Shown here one piece after another: positions 52,571-61,772 of a DNA stretch of 64,000 bases. Every line of letters starts with the position of its first letter. Position 1 is the first letter of the stretch. This DNA is from an uncultured Puniceicoccaceae bacterium. Lineage in GTDB: Bacteria > Verrucomicrobiota > Verrucomicrobiia > Opitutales > Oceanipulchritudinaceae. A program made the translations under genes and the position numbers. The notes under the pieces were generated by a model that was given only the letters and a program-made list of their open reading frames with translations, was not told the DNA's origin and searched no databases. The stretch covers positions 224,001 through 288,000 of the forward strand of contig CAWVVV010000003.1 in NCBI GenBank assembly GCA_963933835.1, written 5' to 3'.

Positions 52571-54661
52571 ATGCACAGCTTTATAAAAAAAAGCGGCCTC
52601 TTTGCCTGCGCCGCTCTTCTCACGAATATCACCCAAGCAGATCAACTTGATTCCGATTATGTTTACGTACTAGACGAATACATTATATCAGCGGGTCCCT
52701 TACCACGTCAGATTGAGGACTATTCCAATCCTTTCACCGCTCTCGATACTGATGCGATTCGCCAAGAGTCCGGCGGCACACTCGGCGAATTACTAGATGG
52801 GCAACCAGGTGTTACTTCAACCAGCTTTGGAGCTGGAGCCAGTCGCCCCATTATCCGTGGTTTCGATGCCGCTCGTGTCCGAATTCTGGAGTCGGGCCTA
52901 GGTTCACTCGATGTTTCTGAGACCAGCCCCGATCATGCAGTTTCCGTTGAGCCACTGCTCACGAAACGTATTGAGATACTGCGTGGTCCTTCCACATTGC
53001 TTTACGGCAGCTCGGCCATCGGCGGCGTGGTCAATGTAGTTGGCCGCGAAATCCCACGTGTTCCGGTCGATCCGAAAGGCTACGAAGGTGCCTTCGAGAC
53101 ACGCTATGACACCGTCTCCGAAGGAGAGACTTACCTCGGCTATGGCACAGTTGGCGGTGAGAATTGGGCCTTTGGAGTATCGGGACTAACTCGGAAAACT
53201 GAAAATTATGAAATCCCTGGAGAAGCCGAAGCTTTCCACGAAGAAGAAGCACATGAGGAAGACGACCACGAGGAGGAAGCATCCGGCGACACACTGGAGA
53301 ACAGTTTCGTCGAAAATGATTTTATCTCAGTGGGCGGCACTTGGTTCTTCGGAGAACAAAGCTACCTCGGCGCATCTTTTTCATCCTATGACGCTTTTTA
53401 CGGAGTGCCGGGACATGGGCACCACGAGGAGGAAGCGCATGATGACCATGAAGAGGAAGATCATCACGAAGAAGAAGAAGGCGTCGCTATCGATCTGGAA
53501 CGAAAGCGTTTCGATCTGGAATTGGCGCTTTTTGAGCCGATCGATTGGATCGAAGCTGTTCGCATCCGTTTCGGCTACACCGACTACGAGCACCTTGAGA
53601 ACGAAGGTGACGAGATGGGTACTGTTTTCCAACGTGACGGCTGGGAGTTTCGAGCCGAAGCCGCACACCATGAATGGACATTTATCGACGAAGGAATCTT
53701 CGGGATCGATATTTCGGACACTCGTTTTGAAGCAATCGGGGAAGAGGGCGCTGCCTTCGGCCCACCAACTGAAACGCGCAATCAGGCATTTTTCATTAGT
53801 GAGCAGATTCACCAAGATAAAATGCACTACGAGTTCGGCGGCCGGCTGGAAGCCCAACAAATCGACGCAGAGGGCGGCTTATCTGATTATAGTGGACTCG
53901 CCCTTAGCTTGGCCGCTGGACTCATCTATGAAATCGATGAAAATAACTCTCTTGCGCTCTCCTTACAACGCTCGCAACGGAACCCAACCTCTTCTGAACT
54001 CTATGCCAACGGTGCCCACTTGGCTACCAGCCAGTTCGAAATTGGCGATGCAGACCTTGAGCTTGAAACTGCATATGGAGTCGATCTAAGCTATCGACAC
54101 AGTAATTCAGTTTGGAATACCCGCCTCTCAGTCTTCTATACTTACTTCGAAGATTATATCTTCGCAGAGGCGACCGGTGCTGAAGAAGACGAACTAGCGG
54201 TCTTTGCATTTACTGCTTTAGATGCATCTTTCTATGGGCTCGAAGCTGAACTGGAATACCTGCTGATCGACAGCAGTGATATCCAATTCAAAATTGGATT
54301 ACTGGGCGATTTCGTGAAAACTGAAAACCACTCAGCGAAAGATGCACTTCCCCGAACACCTCCACTTCGTATCGGAGGAAAGGTCCGTCTGATTCACGGC
54401 AACTGGGACACTGGAGTAATCTTACGTCACGCTTTTGAGCAGAACGACACCGCACCGCTTGAAACAGAAACTGATGGATACACCGAACTCCAAGCGGACC
54501 TGTCATATACCTTCGACTTAAGCAATGACATGGATTTCACGCTATTTGTTCGTGCAGACAATCTATTAGACGAAGAGATCCGCCCGCACACATCCTTCCT
54601 CAAAGATGATGTGCTGCTCTCTGGCCGTAATTTCACGCTAGGCGCTCGGTTGGAGTTCTAA
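52571..54661 (+). CDS. TonB-dependent receptor, ZnuD-like, with His/Glu-rich loops
   Basis: Plug SFGAGASRPIIRG...SPDHAV...IEILRGPSTLLYGS; HEEEAHEEDDH and GHGHHEEEAHDDH tracts; HLAT; HTSFLK...GRNFTLGARLEF. Confidence 0.9.
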   Translation: MHSFIKKSGLFACAALLTNITQADQLDSDYVYVLDEYIISAGPLPRQIEDYSNPFTALDTDAIRQESGGTLGELLDGQPGVTSTSFGAGASRPIIRGFDAARVRILESGLGSLDVSETSPDHAVSVEPLLTKRIEILRGPSTLLYGSSAIGGVVNVVGREIPRVPVDPKGYEGAFETRYDTVSEGETYLGYGTVGGENWAFGVSGLTRKTENYEIPGEAEAFHEEEAHEEDDHEEEASGDTLENSFVENDFISVGGTWFFGEQSYLGASFSSYDAFYGVPGHGHHEEEAHDDHEEEDHHEEEEGVAIDLERKRFDLELALFEPIDWIEAVRIRFGYTDYEHLENEGDEMGTVFQRDGWEFRAEAAHHEWTFIDEGIFGIDISDTRFEAIGEEGAAFGPPTETRNQAFFISEQIHQDKMHYEFGGRLEAQQIDAEGGLSDYSGLALSLAAGLIYEIDENNSLALSLQRSQRNPTSSELYANGAHLATSQFEIGDADLELETAYGVDLSYRHSNSVWNTRLSVFYTYFEDYIFAEATGAEEDELAVFAFTALDASFYGLEAELEYLLIDSSDIQFKIGLLGDFVKTENHSAKDALPRTPPLRIGGKVRLIHGNWDTGVILRHAFEQNDTAPLETETDGYTELQADLSYTFDLSNDMDFTLFVRADNLLDEEIRPHTSFLKDDVLLSGRNFTLGARLEF

Positions 54662-54694
54662 GTAGAGCGAGTCGCAAAAAAAATCTTCTTTAAG

Positions 54695-54730
54695 AGGAGT
54701 TCGCAAGAATGCTTGCGAACTCCTTTTTTT
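54695..54730 (+). terminator. Rho-independent terminator after the receptor
   Basis: AGGAGTTCGCAAG-AATG-CTTGCGAACTCCT followed by a T tract. Confidence 0.85.
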
Positions 54731-54751
54731 CGGGTAAAATGAGCCGCTATA

Positions 54752-55189
54752 ATGCCCCTCAAAAAGACAGAGCTTTTAGAAGTTATCATAGATCGCCTAA
54801 AGTTAAGCGGCGGCCGCATGACGAAAAAGCGCGAGCGCATCCTCGGTGCTTTACTGACCTTTGATCACCCCGCTACTGCTGAAGAAATCCGCGAACGGGC
54901 AGAGTTACCCCCCTCGGACTTGGTGACAGTCTATCGAAATCTCGAAACCTTTGAATCGATCAACTCGCTCCAACGGATTCCGCTCGAAAACGGCACTCAG
55001 ATTTTTGAGCTGACTGCACCTGGAGAGCACTACCACCATCTCATTTGCCGCGAGTGCCACAAAGCCGAACGCTTGGACGTCTGCGTAGGCAAAGAATTGA
55101 TCCACAATGCAAAAGCACGCGGCTACTCACAAATTTCCCATATCATGGAAGTCTACGGCGTCTGCGAAAGCTGCGAAAGCCCAGCCTAA
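54752..55189 (+). CDS. Fur-family transcriptional repressor (probably Zur)
   Basis: RMTKKR, TVYRNL, EHYHHLICRECH and YGVCESC; zinc-uptake context. Confidence 0.88.
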   Translation: MPLKKTELLEVIIDRLKLSGGRMTKKRERILGALLTFDHPATAEEIRERAELPPSDLVTVYRNLETFESINSLQRIPLENGTQIFELTAPGEHYHHLICRECHKAERLDVCVGKELIHNAKARGYSQISHIMEVYGVCESCESPA

Positions 55190-55299
55190 ACGGCAAACCT
55201 TGACCTCGCATAATTCAAAGACTTTTACCCAAGAAGCTTAGACACTCCGATCGCTATACACACTTCTCGCCTCATTACTGAATAAGGGTGGGGTAAAAA

Positions 55300-55788
55300 T
55301 TAGTGTGAACATTGGCTCTTCCGGCAGAGGCGAAAGTTCCTTACATGAGCTCCCGCGAGGAAGAGGCCACCGATAGTATTAATCCAGGCTCCCGCATTTA
55401 ACGGTAGAGGCTCTTCAGAGAGATCACGCGAACAGCTTGAGCAGCTGTGCACACAAGTCGCTTCAACGCCATCATGTGCTGCCGCATATTGACGCTCATG
55501 TATGAGCGCAAAAATCAGAAGACTCAAGCCGACAGCACTCAACGCTGCGACCCACTTATCTTTATGCTTACGGCAGCCCATAAACATGGCGAAACCCGTC
55601 GTTGGCAGCACCAGTAGCAACATCCAAAGGTGGAAATCCTCATGCACGAAAAAGCTCGTGGCTACAATCGGGAGCAGCACCAACAAAACCGGCGTTAATA
55701 AACAATGTACCGCGCAGACTGTTGCCATCCCAATTGCAAGATGATCGAGCCAGCCATGTGTACGACAACTATTTTGAGCGCTATTCAT
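55300..55788 (-). CDS. MerC-domain membrane protein with His/Cys-rich loop
   Basis: WLDHLAI..ATVCAVHCL, EDFH, GCRKH, AHVRNFRLC; extra HDG..CVHSCSSC loop. Confidence 0.82.
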   Translation of the reverse strand: MNSAQNSCRTHGWLDHLAIGMATVCAVHCLLTPVLLVLLPIVATSFFVHEDFHLWMLLLVLPTTGFAMFMGCRKHKDKWVAALSAVGLSLLIFALIHERQYAAAHDGVEATCVHSCSSCSRDLSEEPLPLNAGAWINTIGGLFLAGAHVRNFRLCRKSQCSH

Positions 55789-55818
55789 AGTATTCACAGG
55801 TAAGTCAGCACTGGGCGC

Positions 55819-55839
55819 TAATGCAAGTCTCTTTCGATA
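55819..55839. promoter_or_regulatory. Degenerate second Zur-box-like site upstream of the MerC-domain gene
   Basis: TAATGCAAGTCTCTTTCGATA aligns with the 52091-52111 site. Confidence 0.4.
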
Positions 55840-56254
55840 AAATATTGCGCAATCCCTTCTCTCAAACCCAAGATGATCCTGATCGGAATAGCACTCCCAT
55901 CACTGCCCCCGCACACACACGGGTGCAGCGGTTTTTCCATTGCTTTCAGATGTAACTGCACAGTCTGCGCAGTACCCATCCCTTGGCTTCAACATATCCA
56001 ATCGAGCGCAAATCCAGGAGATACGTAACTTTACAGAGTTGCTTCCGCAGATTCTGTTCATTCAAAAGAAATAGAATCAATTATGGCCTCAATCCCGGCT
56101 TTCATCGCTTCGGGCAGTTTATCTCATTGATTGGATATCTTAGACAGTCTGGGACAGTCCCTGCCAAAGCGTTGTGTCCCTATGTGTGTCCCAACTACTT
56201 GACTAAAGCCACAAGTGTATTGAATTTCAATGCTTTGTGAATTCAAGTTGAAGA

Positions 56255-56282
56255 GTTCGACTCCCGCCACCTCCACCATTTT
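56255..56282 (+). repeat. att repeat: third copy of the tmRNA 3' end
   Basis: GTTCGACTCCCGCCACCTCCACCATTTT is identical to the ssrA end plus its first downstream Ts. Confidence 0.92.
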
Positions 56283-56355
56283 AACAAAGCGATTATCGGC
56301 TCAAACAGGCTTGAAACGATAAGCGGGGCGTTGAGCTACTATGCTCCACAGATCG

Positions 56356-57546
56356 CTAGCTATTGAGGTTATAGAGGGTCGCTCCCTGCGCCAGAGAGGT
56401 CGTGAAGATGTTTGGCTCGTAGTCGAAGGCAGCCATAAACCGCGTCATCATCGCCTTCTCCACCGCATCGGCTGAGTCCTTGCGAACAAGCGCGACACAA
56501 CTACCGCCAAAGCCGCCGCCGGTCATTCGACAGCCGGCAACGCCATCGAGCTCCTGAGCTGTGGCTGCGATGAAATCGAGTTCTTTGCAGCTGACTTGAA
56601 AGTCGGCGCGCAGAGATAGGTGACTACCATTGAGCAAAGTTCCAAAGGTATCGATCGAGCCGCGCTTGAGGGCTTGGACTGCCTTTTGGGTCCGATCGAC
56701 CTCCGTCACAACATGGCGCACGTAGCGGCCAAGCTCTTCATCGATGAGCGCGTGCTCCAGCGCTCCAGCGAGTTTCTCAATAGGCAGATGGCCGAGAAAC
56801 TTAAGTCCGAGGATGTCTGCCGCCTTATCACAGCCCTGACGGCGCTTGGCATACTCGCCATCGACGAGGGCATGCGTCACCCGCGAATCGATGATCATTA
56901 CAGTCCAATCAGGGAAATCAAAAGGCGTTAAGGCCGACGTCTCAAATTCACAGTTCAGCAAAAGCAGGTGATCTCTCTCACAATTTAGAACCGCCGCCTG
57001 ATCCATAATGCCACAAGGGACGCCCGCGAAATCGCGCTCTGCCATCTGGCAAATCTTCGCCAGCGCCATGCGATCCATTGTCTTTCCTGCGAGCTCCAGG
57101 CAAAGTAGCGCGAAAGCCGCCTCAAGGGCAGCACTACTACTCAGGCCCCCACCGATCGGAATCGTCGAGTCCACATAAGCATCGAATCCAGTCGTCTCGA
57201 CGCCAGCCTCAGTCATCCCAGCTAAGACGCCCTTCACATAGCGCTCCCAACCCTCGTCCCCGACAGCAAGATCATCTAGTTTGAATTCAATCGCGTCGGT
57301 AAACCCTTTCGCAGTCAAACGCACGACGCCGTCTGTGCGTGGACTCGCCAAAACCAGTAGATGCTTGTCGATCGCAGCGGGCAGGACATTGCCACCGTTA
57401 TAGTCGACGTGTTCACCGATTAGATTCACGCGACCCGGGGCGATAACAGCGATCTCAGGCTCAACATTCCAACGAAGCTTCATCCGCTCTAGGGCATCAG
57501 CAAAAATCGGCGAAGAGAGTATCAGACTATTCGGTTTTTCAGTCAC
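56356..57546 (-). CDS. galK: Galactokinase
   Basis: APGRVNLIGEHVDYNGG, PIGGGLSSSAA, CGIMDQ and RMTGGGFGG. Start uncertain. Confidence 0.95.
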   Translation of the reverse strand: MTEKPNSLILSSPIFADALERMKLRWNVEPEIAVIAPGRVNLIGEHVDYNGGNVLPAAIDKHLLVLASPRTDGVVRLTAKGFTDAIEFKLDDLAVGDEGWERYVKGVLAGMTEAGVETTGFDAYVDSTIPIGGGLSSSAALEAAFALLCLELAGKTMDRMALAKICQMAERDFAGVPCGIMDQAAVLNCERDHLLLLNCEFETSALTPFDFPDWTVMIIDSRVTHALVDGEYAKRRQGCDKAADILGLKFLGHLPIEKLAGALEHALIDEELGRYVRHVVTEVDRTQKAVQALKRGSIDTFGTLLNGSHLSLRADFQVSCKELDFIAATAQELDGVAGCRMTGGGFGGSCVALVRKDSADAVEKAMMTRFMAAFDYEPNIFTTSLAQGATLYNLNS

Positions 57547-57879
57547 GGTTAGGGTTGATTTAAAGGAACCCGACAAATCATTCCGACGGAATCGGTAAAA
57601 TTCAATCATCCAACTTCAGAAAACCACCTCAAGTAGATACGAGCTAGAAGGAGCTGACTATCCAAGTGTCATAGGGAAGTATCTTTCTCCTCCCAATAAT
57701 GTGAATCACTAGCGTGCAGAGTATATCCTTTTTCGAGTTCGTCCCAACAGCGTTCCCAACTGTGTTAAAAGTGAATCCGTCGACGTTAGCGGGGTGATGA
57801 TGCCAGCATATTCATAAGGCGTAAACCTGCATCTCGGCGCTTTCCTTTTACCCTAATATTGGATAGCCTGATAATCGTC

Positions 57880-58818
57880 ATGATTAGCCCATCCCATATC
57901 CTCTCTTACAGCTTTCTCGCCTTTACGGGCCTTGTTTCCCCTCTTTCAGCTCAAATCACCTTCTCGATCGATGGAGGGAGCGCCGTGCCCCCTTTCAGTT
58001 CGGCAGATCTCATCGGTCCGGGACCGGCATTGATCCTAAAGGGTTCATCCATCGGCGTCGAAGTGAATGCCTTTCCCTATGGCCGCCACCCCATTGATGC
58101 AGAGCTCGGAACTCCCTATTTCAGTGTCATTCCGGGTTCTACGGGGGCGCCAGGTTCGGCTGTTGCAGCTGAGTTTTTGAAAGGTGGCGATGAGCCAGCC
58201 GATGTCTACGGCGCAATCATCGGCAGTATGACCAACTTTTAAGCTTGGGACGGAGACGGCTCGTCCGCCCCCTTCCTCGGTCTTCCCGAACCCTCGATGG
58301 CAAATGTGGACGCCTAGGACATGCGGCCAACTATCCCATTTGGAGTCGGCACGGGACTCTACTGGTCCGTCGATGCTGCATCTACTTTTTTGCTTCCTTA
58401 CTCTACTGGAGGGACCGAAGCCGATATCTGGTTCAGCCCTCCGGTCGTTGATTTTGCTGATATGCCCGCGCTCTATGCGCCCGCCGTTGCCCTTGGACTG
58501 GCGGCGGGGGACGACATCAACGCACTCGTCGTGATCGATGATGGATCCGCTGGTTTCTCGATAGCTACCAATCTGGTTTTCTTATCCCTCGCCACCGGGT
58601 CGCCAACGCTTCTGGCATTGGGCGTGGGGCCTGAAGACGTTTTGATTGTTGGCGGCGGGGCGGCGTTGAGCCTCGCTCTTCCGGGTGCAGCCATCGGCTT
58701 GGCTCCCGGCGACGATCTGAATGCACTCGATTTCCACATCGTGCCTGAACCCGCGCTCCTCACCCTAATGGGTAGCCTTCTCGTTCTATTTACCGCGGTC
58801 CAACGTCGACGGATTTAA
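57880..58818 (+). pseudogene. PEP-CTERM protein interrupted by two in-frame stops
   Basis: A single reading frame from the signal peptide to VPEPALLTL...RRRI, with TAA at 58240-58242 and TAG at 58315-58317; repeated DDINAL/DDLNALD motifs. Confidence 0.82.
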
Positions 58819-59027
58819 AAGAGCGGACATACGCACAATAGTAGTATTTCGATAAGGCTACATGTGTACTGATCAACCGGATACAGTTGAGCCGTAATTA
58901 AAAACAAGATGACTGCCGTGCGCCGGTCCAAGATGGGATCAAACCATCAGCGCATTGAAACGTATCCACAGGATCGCTACAGATAGCTAGCCCCTTAGGA
59001 TTGTTCGTCGAAGAAGACGACCTCGGT

Positions 59028-59074
59028 GCCCTTACGGCCCAGCTTAGTCTTGCAGAGTTTGCCCGTGGGTTGTC
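59028..59074 (-). repeat. Displaced duplicate of the rsmH-like gene 3' end
   Basis: 47 bp with 4 mismatches to 60670-60716; encodes DNPRANSARLSWAVRA versus DNPRASSAKLRWAVRA. Confidence 0.85.
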
Positions 59075-59224
59075 CAAAAAGTAGTTAAATAGTCCAATTA
59101 AGCCCTATTTATTGGTTCCTAGCAGTCACTACTCTCCCGTAAAGCGGCGTTCTAAACGGCAAATTCCTTGCCTTTTCACCGCCTATGTCTTGTCGCTCAT
59201 CATTGTCACTTTCCTTTCATCGCC

Positions 59225-60631
59225 ATGACTGAGCCTACAGCACAAAAGATCCTTTCCACCTACGAAAAGACCCTCGCGATCAATCTTGATCCGGAAACCT
59301 ACGGCGTTTTTGCGGAGATCGGGGCTGGTCAGGAGACGACCAACTGGTTCTTTCGGGTCTCAGCCAGCGCGGGAACGGTCGCCAAATCGATCTCGGCCTA
59401 TGACATGACGATGAGTGACGCGCTCTATGGGAAAGCCCAGCGCTACGTATCGCAGGAGCGACTTCGCTCGATGCTGGCCTACGAGTACGATCTGCTCGAT
59501 CAGCGACTAGGGCCAGAACGCGGCGCGAAATCGACCTTCTTTTCCTTCTGCAACACTGTGAGGGCGCGTGGCTACCGTGACACGGCCGAATGCCACGGGT
59601 GGCTCGGAGTGCGTTTTCAACTCAAGCCCGAAACGCCCCCCTGTGAGATCGTCCTCCACCTGCGCCTGCTTGACGAATCCAACGCCGATCAAATGGATGC
59701 ACTCGGGAAAGTCGGGGTGAATCTCATCTATGCCGCTTTTTATCACCGCGAGAGTCTCGGCACCTTTGTCCAATCGCTGGCGGACAACCTTAACAGCGAC
59801 CAGGTCGAAGTCGATATGCTCCGCTTCGATGGCGAGGGCTTCCAGCATATCGACAACCGCCTCTGCGCGCTCGAGCTCCTCCAGTGCGGCCTGACAAACG
59901 CCGCGATGTTCAACAAGGACGGCGAGGTCGTGCAGGCAGCCGACGCGCTCTACAAGCGCCCTATTTTGTTACTACGAGGCAGTTTCAATCCTGTCCTAAA
60001 ACTCCACCTCGACATGATCCACCAGGCCAGTTCGGTCTTCAGCCAGGTGATGGATGCGAAGCAGCACGAGCGCGCCATCGAGCTCTGCGAAATCAGCACG
60101 AAGAATCTCTTAAGGGACGGCGCCCTCGACCATGAAGAATTCCTCAACCGCGCCGACGCCCTACAGAGCCTCGGAAAAACCGTCCTCGTCTCAAGCAGCG
60201 CAGAGTTTCACCGCATCGCGACCTATCTCAGCCGTTACACCGCTGAGCCGATTGGGATCATCCTGAGCATAGGCCTACTCAATGAGCTCTTTAAGGGCAA
60301 GTGGTCAGAGAACCTCTCTGGTGGCATCCTCGAATCCTTTGGTCGGCTCTTTAAAAACGGCGTCCAGCTCTTCGTCTACCCTTGGCACAACACCCGTAGT
60401 AAAGAATTGGTGACAGCTGATAGCTTTAAGGCACCCGAGAACTGGCAACACTTCTACCAGCACCTCATCCAAAATACTCGCGTGCGTTCGATCGGCGTAG
60501 GTGACCCTACGCTCCTTTCCAACACAGGTCGCAAGGTGCTCGACATGATCCATTCCGGCGACACCGAATGGGAGAAGTGGGTCCCTGATGAGGCGCACTC
60601 AATGGTCCGCCGCCAGATCGAGAAGAGCTAG
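59225..60631 (+). CDS. CinA-C-like plus nucleotidyltransferase (NadD/NadM-like) fusion protein of unknown function
   Basis: FAEIGAGQE...AGTVAKSISAYDM..SDALYG...RYVS in the N-terminal part; RGSFNPV..LH (HIGH-like) in the C-terminal part. Confidence 0.65.
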   Translation: MTEPTAQKILSTYEKTLAINLDPETYGVFAEIGAGQETTNWFFRVSASAGTVAKSISAYDMTMSDALYGKAQRYVSQERLRSMLAYEYDLLDQRLGPERGAKSTFFSFCNTVRARGYRDTAECHGWLGVRFQLKPETPPCEIVLHLRLLDESNADQMDALGKVGVNLIYAAFYHRESLGTFVQSLADNLNSDQVEVDMLRFDGEGFQHIDNRLCALELLQCGLTNAAMFNKDGEVVQAADALYKRPILLLRGSFNPVLKLHLDMIHQASSVFSQVMDAKQHERAIELCEISTKNLLRDGALDHEEFLNRADALQSLGKTVLVSSSAEFHRIATYLSRYTAEPIGIILSIGLLNELFKGKWSENLSGGILESFGRLFKNGVQLFVYPWHNTRSKELVTADSFKAPENWQHFYQHLIQNTRVRSIGVGDPTLLSNTGRKVLDMIHSGDTEWEKWVPDEAHSMVRRQIEKS

Positions 60632-60665
60632 ACGAGCCAGCCCACGAACAACGGCAGTGCTACCT

Positions 60666-61706
60666 CTACGCCCTTACGGCCCAGCGTAGTTTTGCAGAGC
60701 TTGCCCGAGGGTTGTCGTGCTGCTCGTTGAAGGAGGCGCGGATGACGTCGTCGCTGATCGCACTGTAGCTTCCATCGGCTAGACCCGCTTTGAAGGCTTT
60801 TTTCACCCGACGATCCTCTCCGCTGTGAAAGGTCAGAACAGCAACGCGTCCGCCGGACCTGAGGCAGTCTGGCAGCCCGAGCAACCAGCGGTCGAGAACT
60901 TGAAATTCATCATTCACCGCAATACGGAGCGCCTGAAAAACACGACGCTGAGTGAGTCTGAGCCGATCGTCGTCAATAGAGCTTGGTAGGGCCTGCGCGA
61001 TGGCGCGTGCGAGCTCTCCAGTGGTCTCAATTACCTGATGGGCCAAGGCGCTTGCTAGACGTGCGGCATCGGGCTCATCGGCATTTTCACTCAACAGCTG
61101 CGCGAGTTCCGCTTCGCTCGATTTGGCGATCAAGGTGCTGGCTGACAGTCCCTTCTTCGGGTTCATTCGCATATCGAGCGGCCCTTGGTGTTTAAAGCTG
61201 AACCCCCGTGCTGGATTATCGACCTGCATCGAAGACACCCCTAGGTCGGCGAGAATGGCACCCGCACCATCGGCCCAGCCAATTTTAGTCAGCACGGCGC
61301 GCAGGGCGACAAAGTTGGTGCGTTCGCAATGGAGGGTTTCTGCTGGAAACCCAGCTGCACGCAGACGCTTCTCCGTTTTGGGCAACTCGATGGGATCTTG
61401 ATCCACTCCGAGCAAGCAGCCACTGGGCTGCACAGCCTTCAAAAGTTCTACAGCGTGACCTCCATAACCGAGGGTGCAGTCGACCACCCGCTCACCCGCT
61501 TTGACCGAGAGTGCCTGCAAGATCTCACCGATCATGATCGGCACATGTTGGCCGGCAGGAGTTTTCCCACCCGCGAGCACATGAGCTACAGTGTCTGTGT
61601 AGCGCTCAGGATTGAACTCTTTGTATTTATCCTCAAAGCGCTGTGGGTGCTTACCCTTGTAACGCACTCGGCGCTTGTGTGGTTCAGGCGTCTCCTCGCT
61701 TGCCAT
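60666..61706 (-). CDS. rsmH: 16S rRNA m4C1402 methyltransferase (RsmH/MraW-type)
   Basis: HVPIM, VDCTLGYGGH, DLGVSSMQ, RGFSF, PLDMRM, FQALRIAVN, FHSGEDR and NPRASSAKLR; N-terminal HKRRVRY extension. Confidence 0.88.
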   Translation of the reverse strand: MASEETPEPHKRRVRYKGKHPQRFEDKYKEFNPERYTDTVAHVLAGGKTPAGQHVPIMIGEILQALSVKAGERVVDCTLGYGGHAVELLKAVQPSGCLLGVDQDPIELPKTEKRLRAAGFPAETLHCERTNFVALRAVLTKIGWADGAGAILADLGVSSMQVDNPARGFSFKHQGPLDMRMNPKKGLSASTLIAKSSEAELAQLLSENADEPDAARLASALAHQVIETTGELARAIAQALPSSIDDDRLRLTQRRVFQALRIAVNDEFQVLDRWLLGLPDCLRSGGRVAVLTFHSGEDRRVKKAFKAGLADGSYSAISDDVIRASFNEQHDNPRASSAKLRWAVRA

Positions 61707-61772
61707 ATGCCCAGAACATGAGGGACGGACTCTGAGCAGCAAGCGGAATGGGGGTGCAATTAATCCACCGTC

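Larger units (their letters stand above)
51514..56282. mobile_element. ssrA-integrated genomic island B (no integrase): zinc-uptake locus
   Basis: Lies between att copies 2 and 3; AT-rich ends; paired TGTCCC repeats near both ends. Confidence 0.75.

Noticed and set aside
55983..56240. 85-aa ORF at the right end of island B
   Set aside because: No motifs; it overlaps arm-site repeats and AT-rich att-flanking DNA and is probably spurious.
51484..56282. Additional tRNA genes at the TTCGACTCCCGCCACCTCCACCA sites
   Set aside because: Only the T arm and 3' acceptor strand are present; these are att duplications of ssrA.
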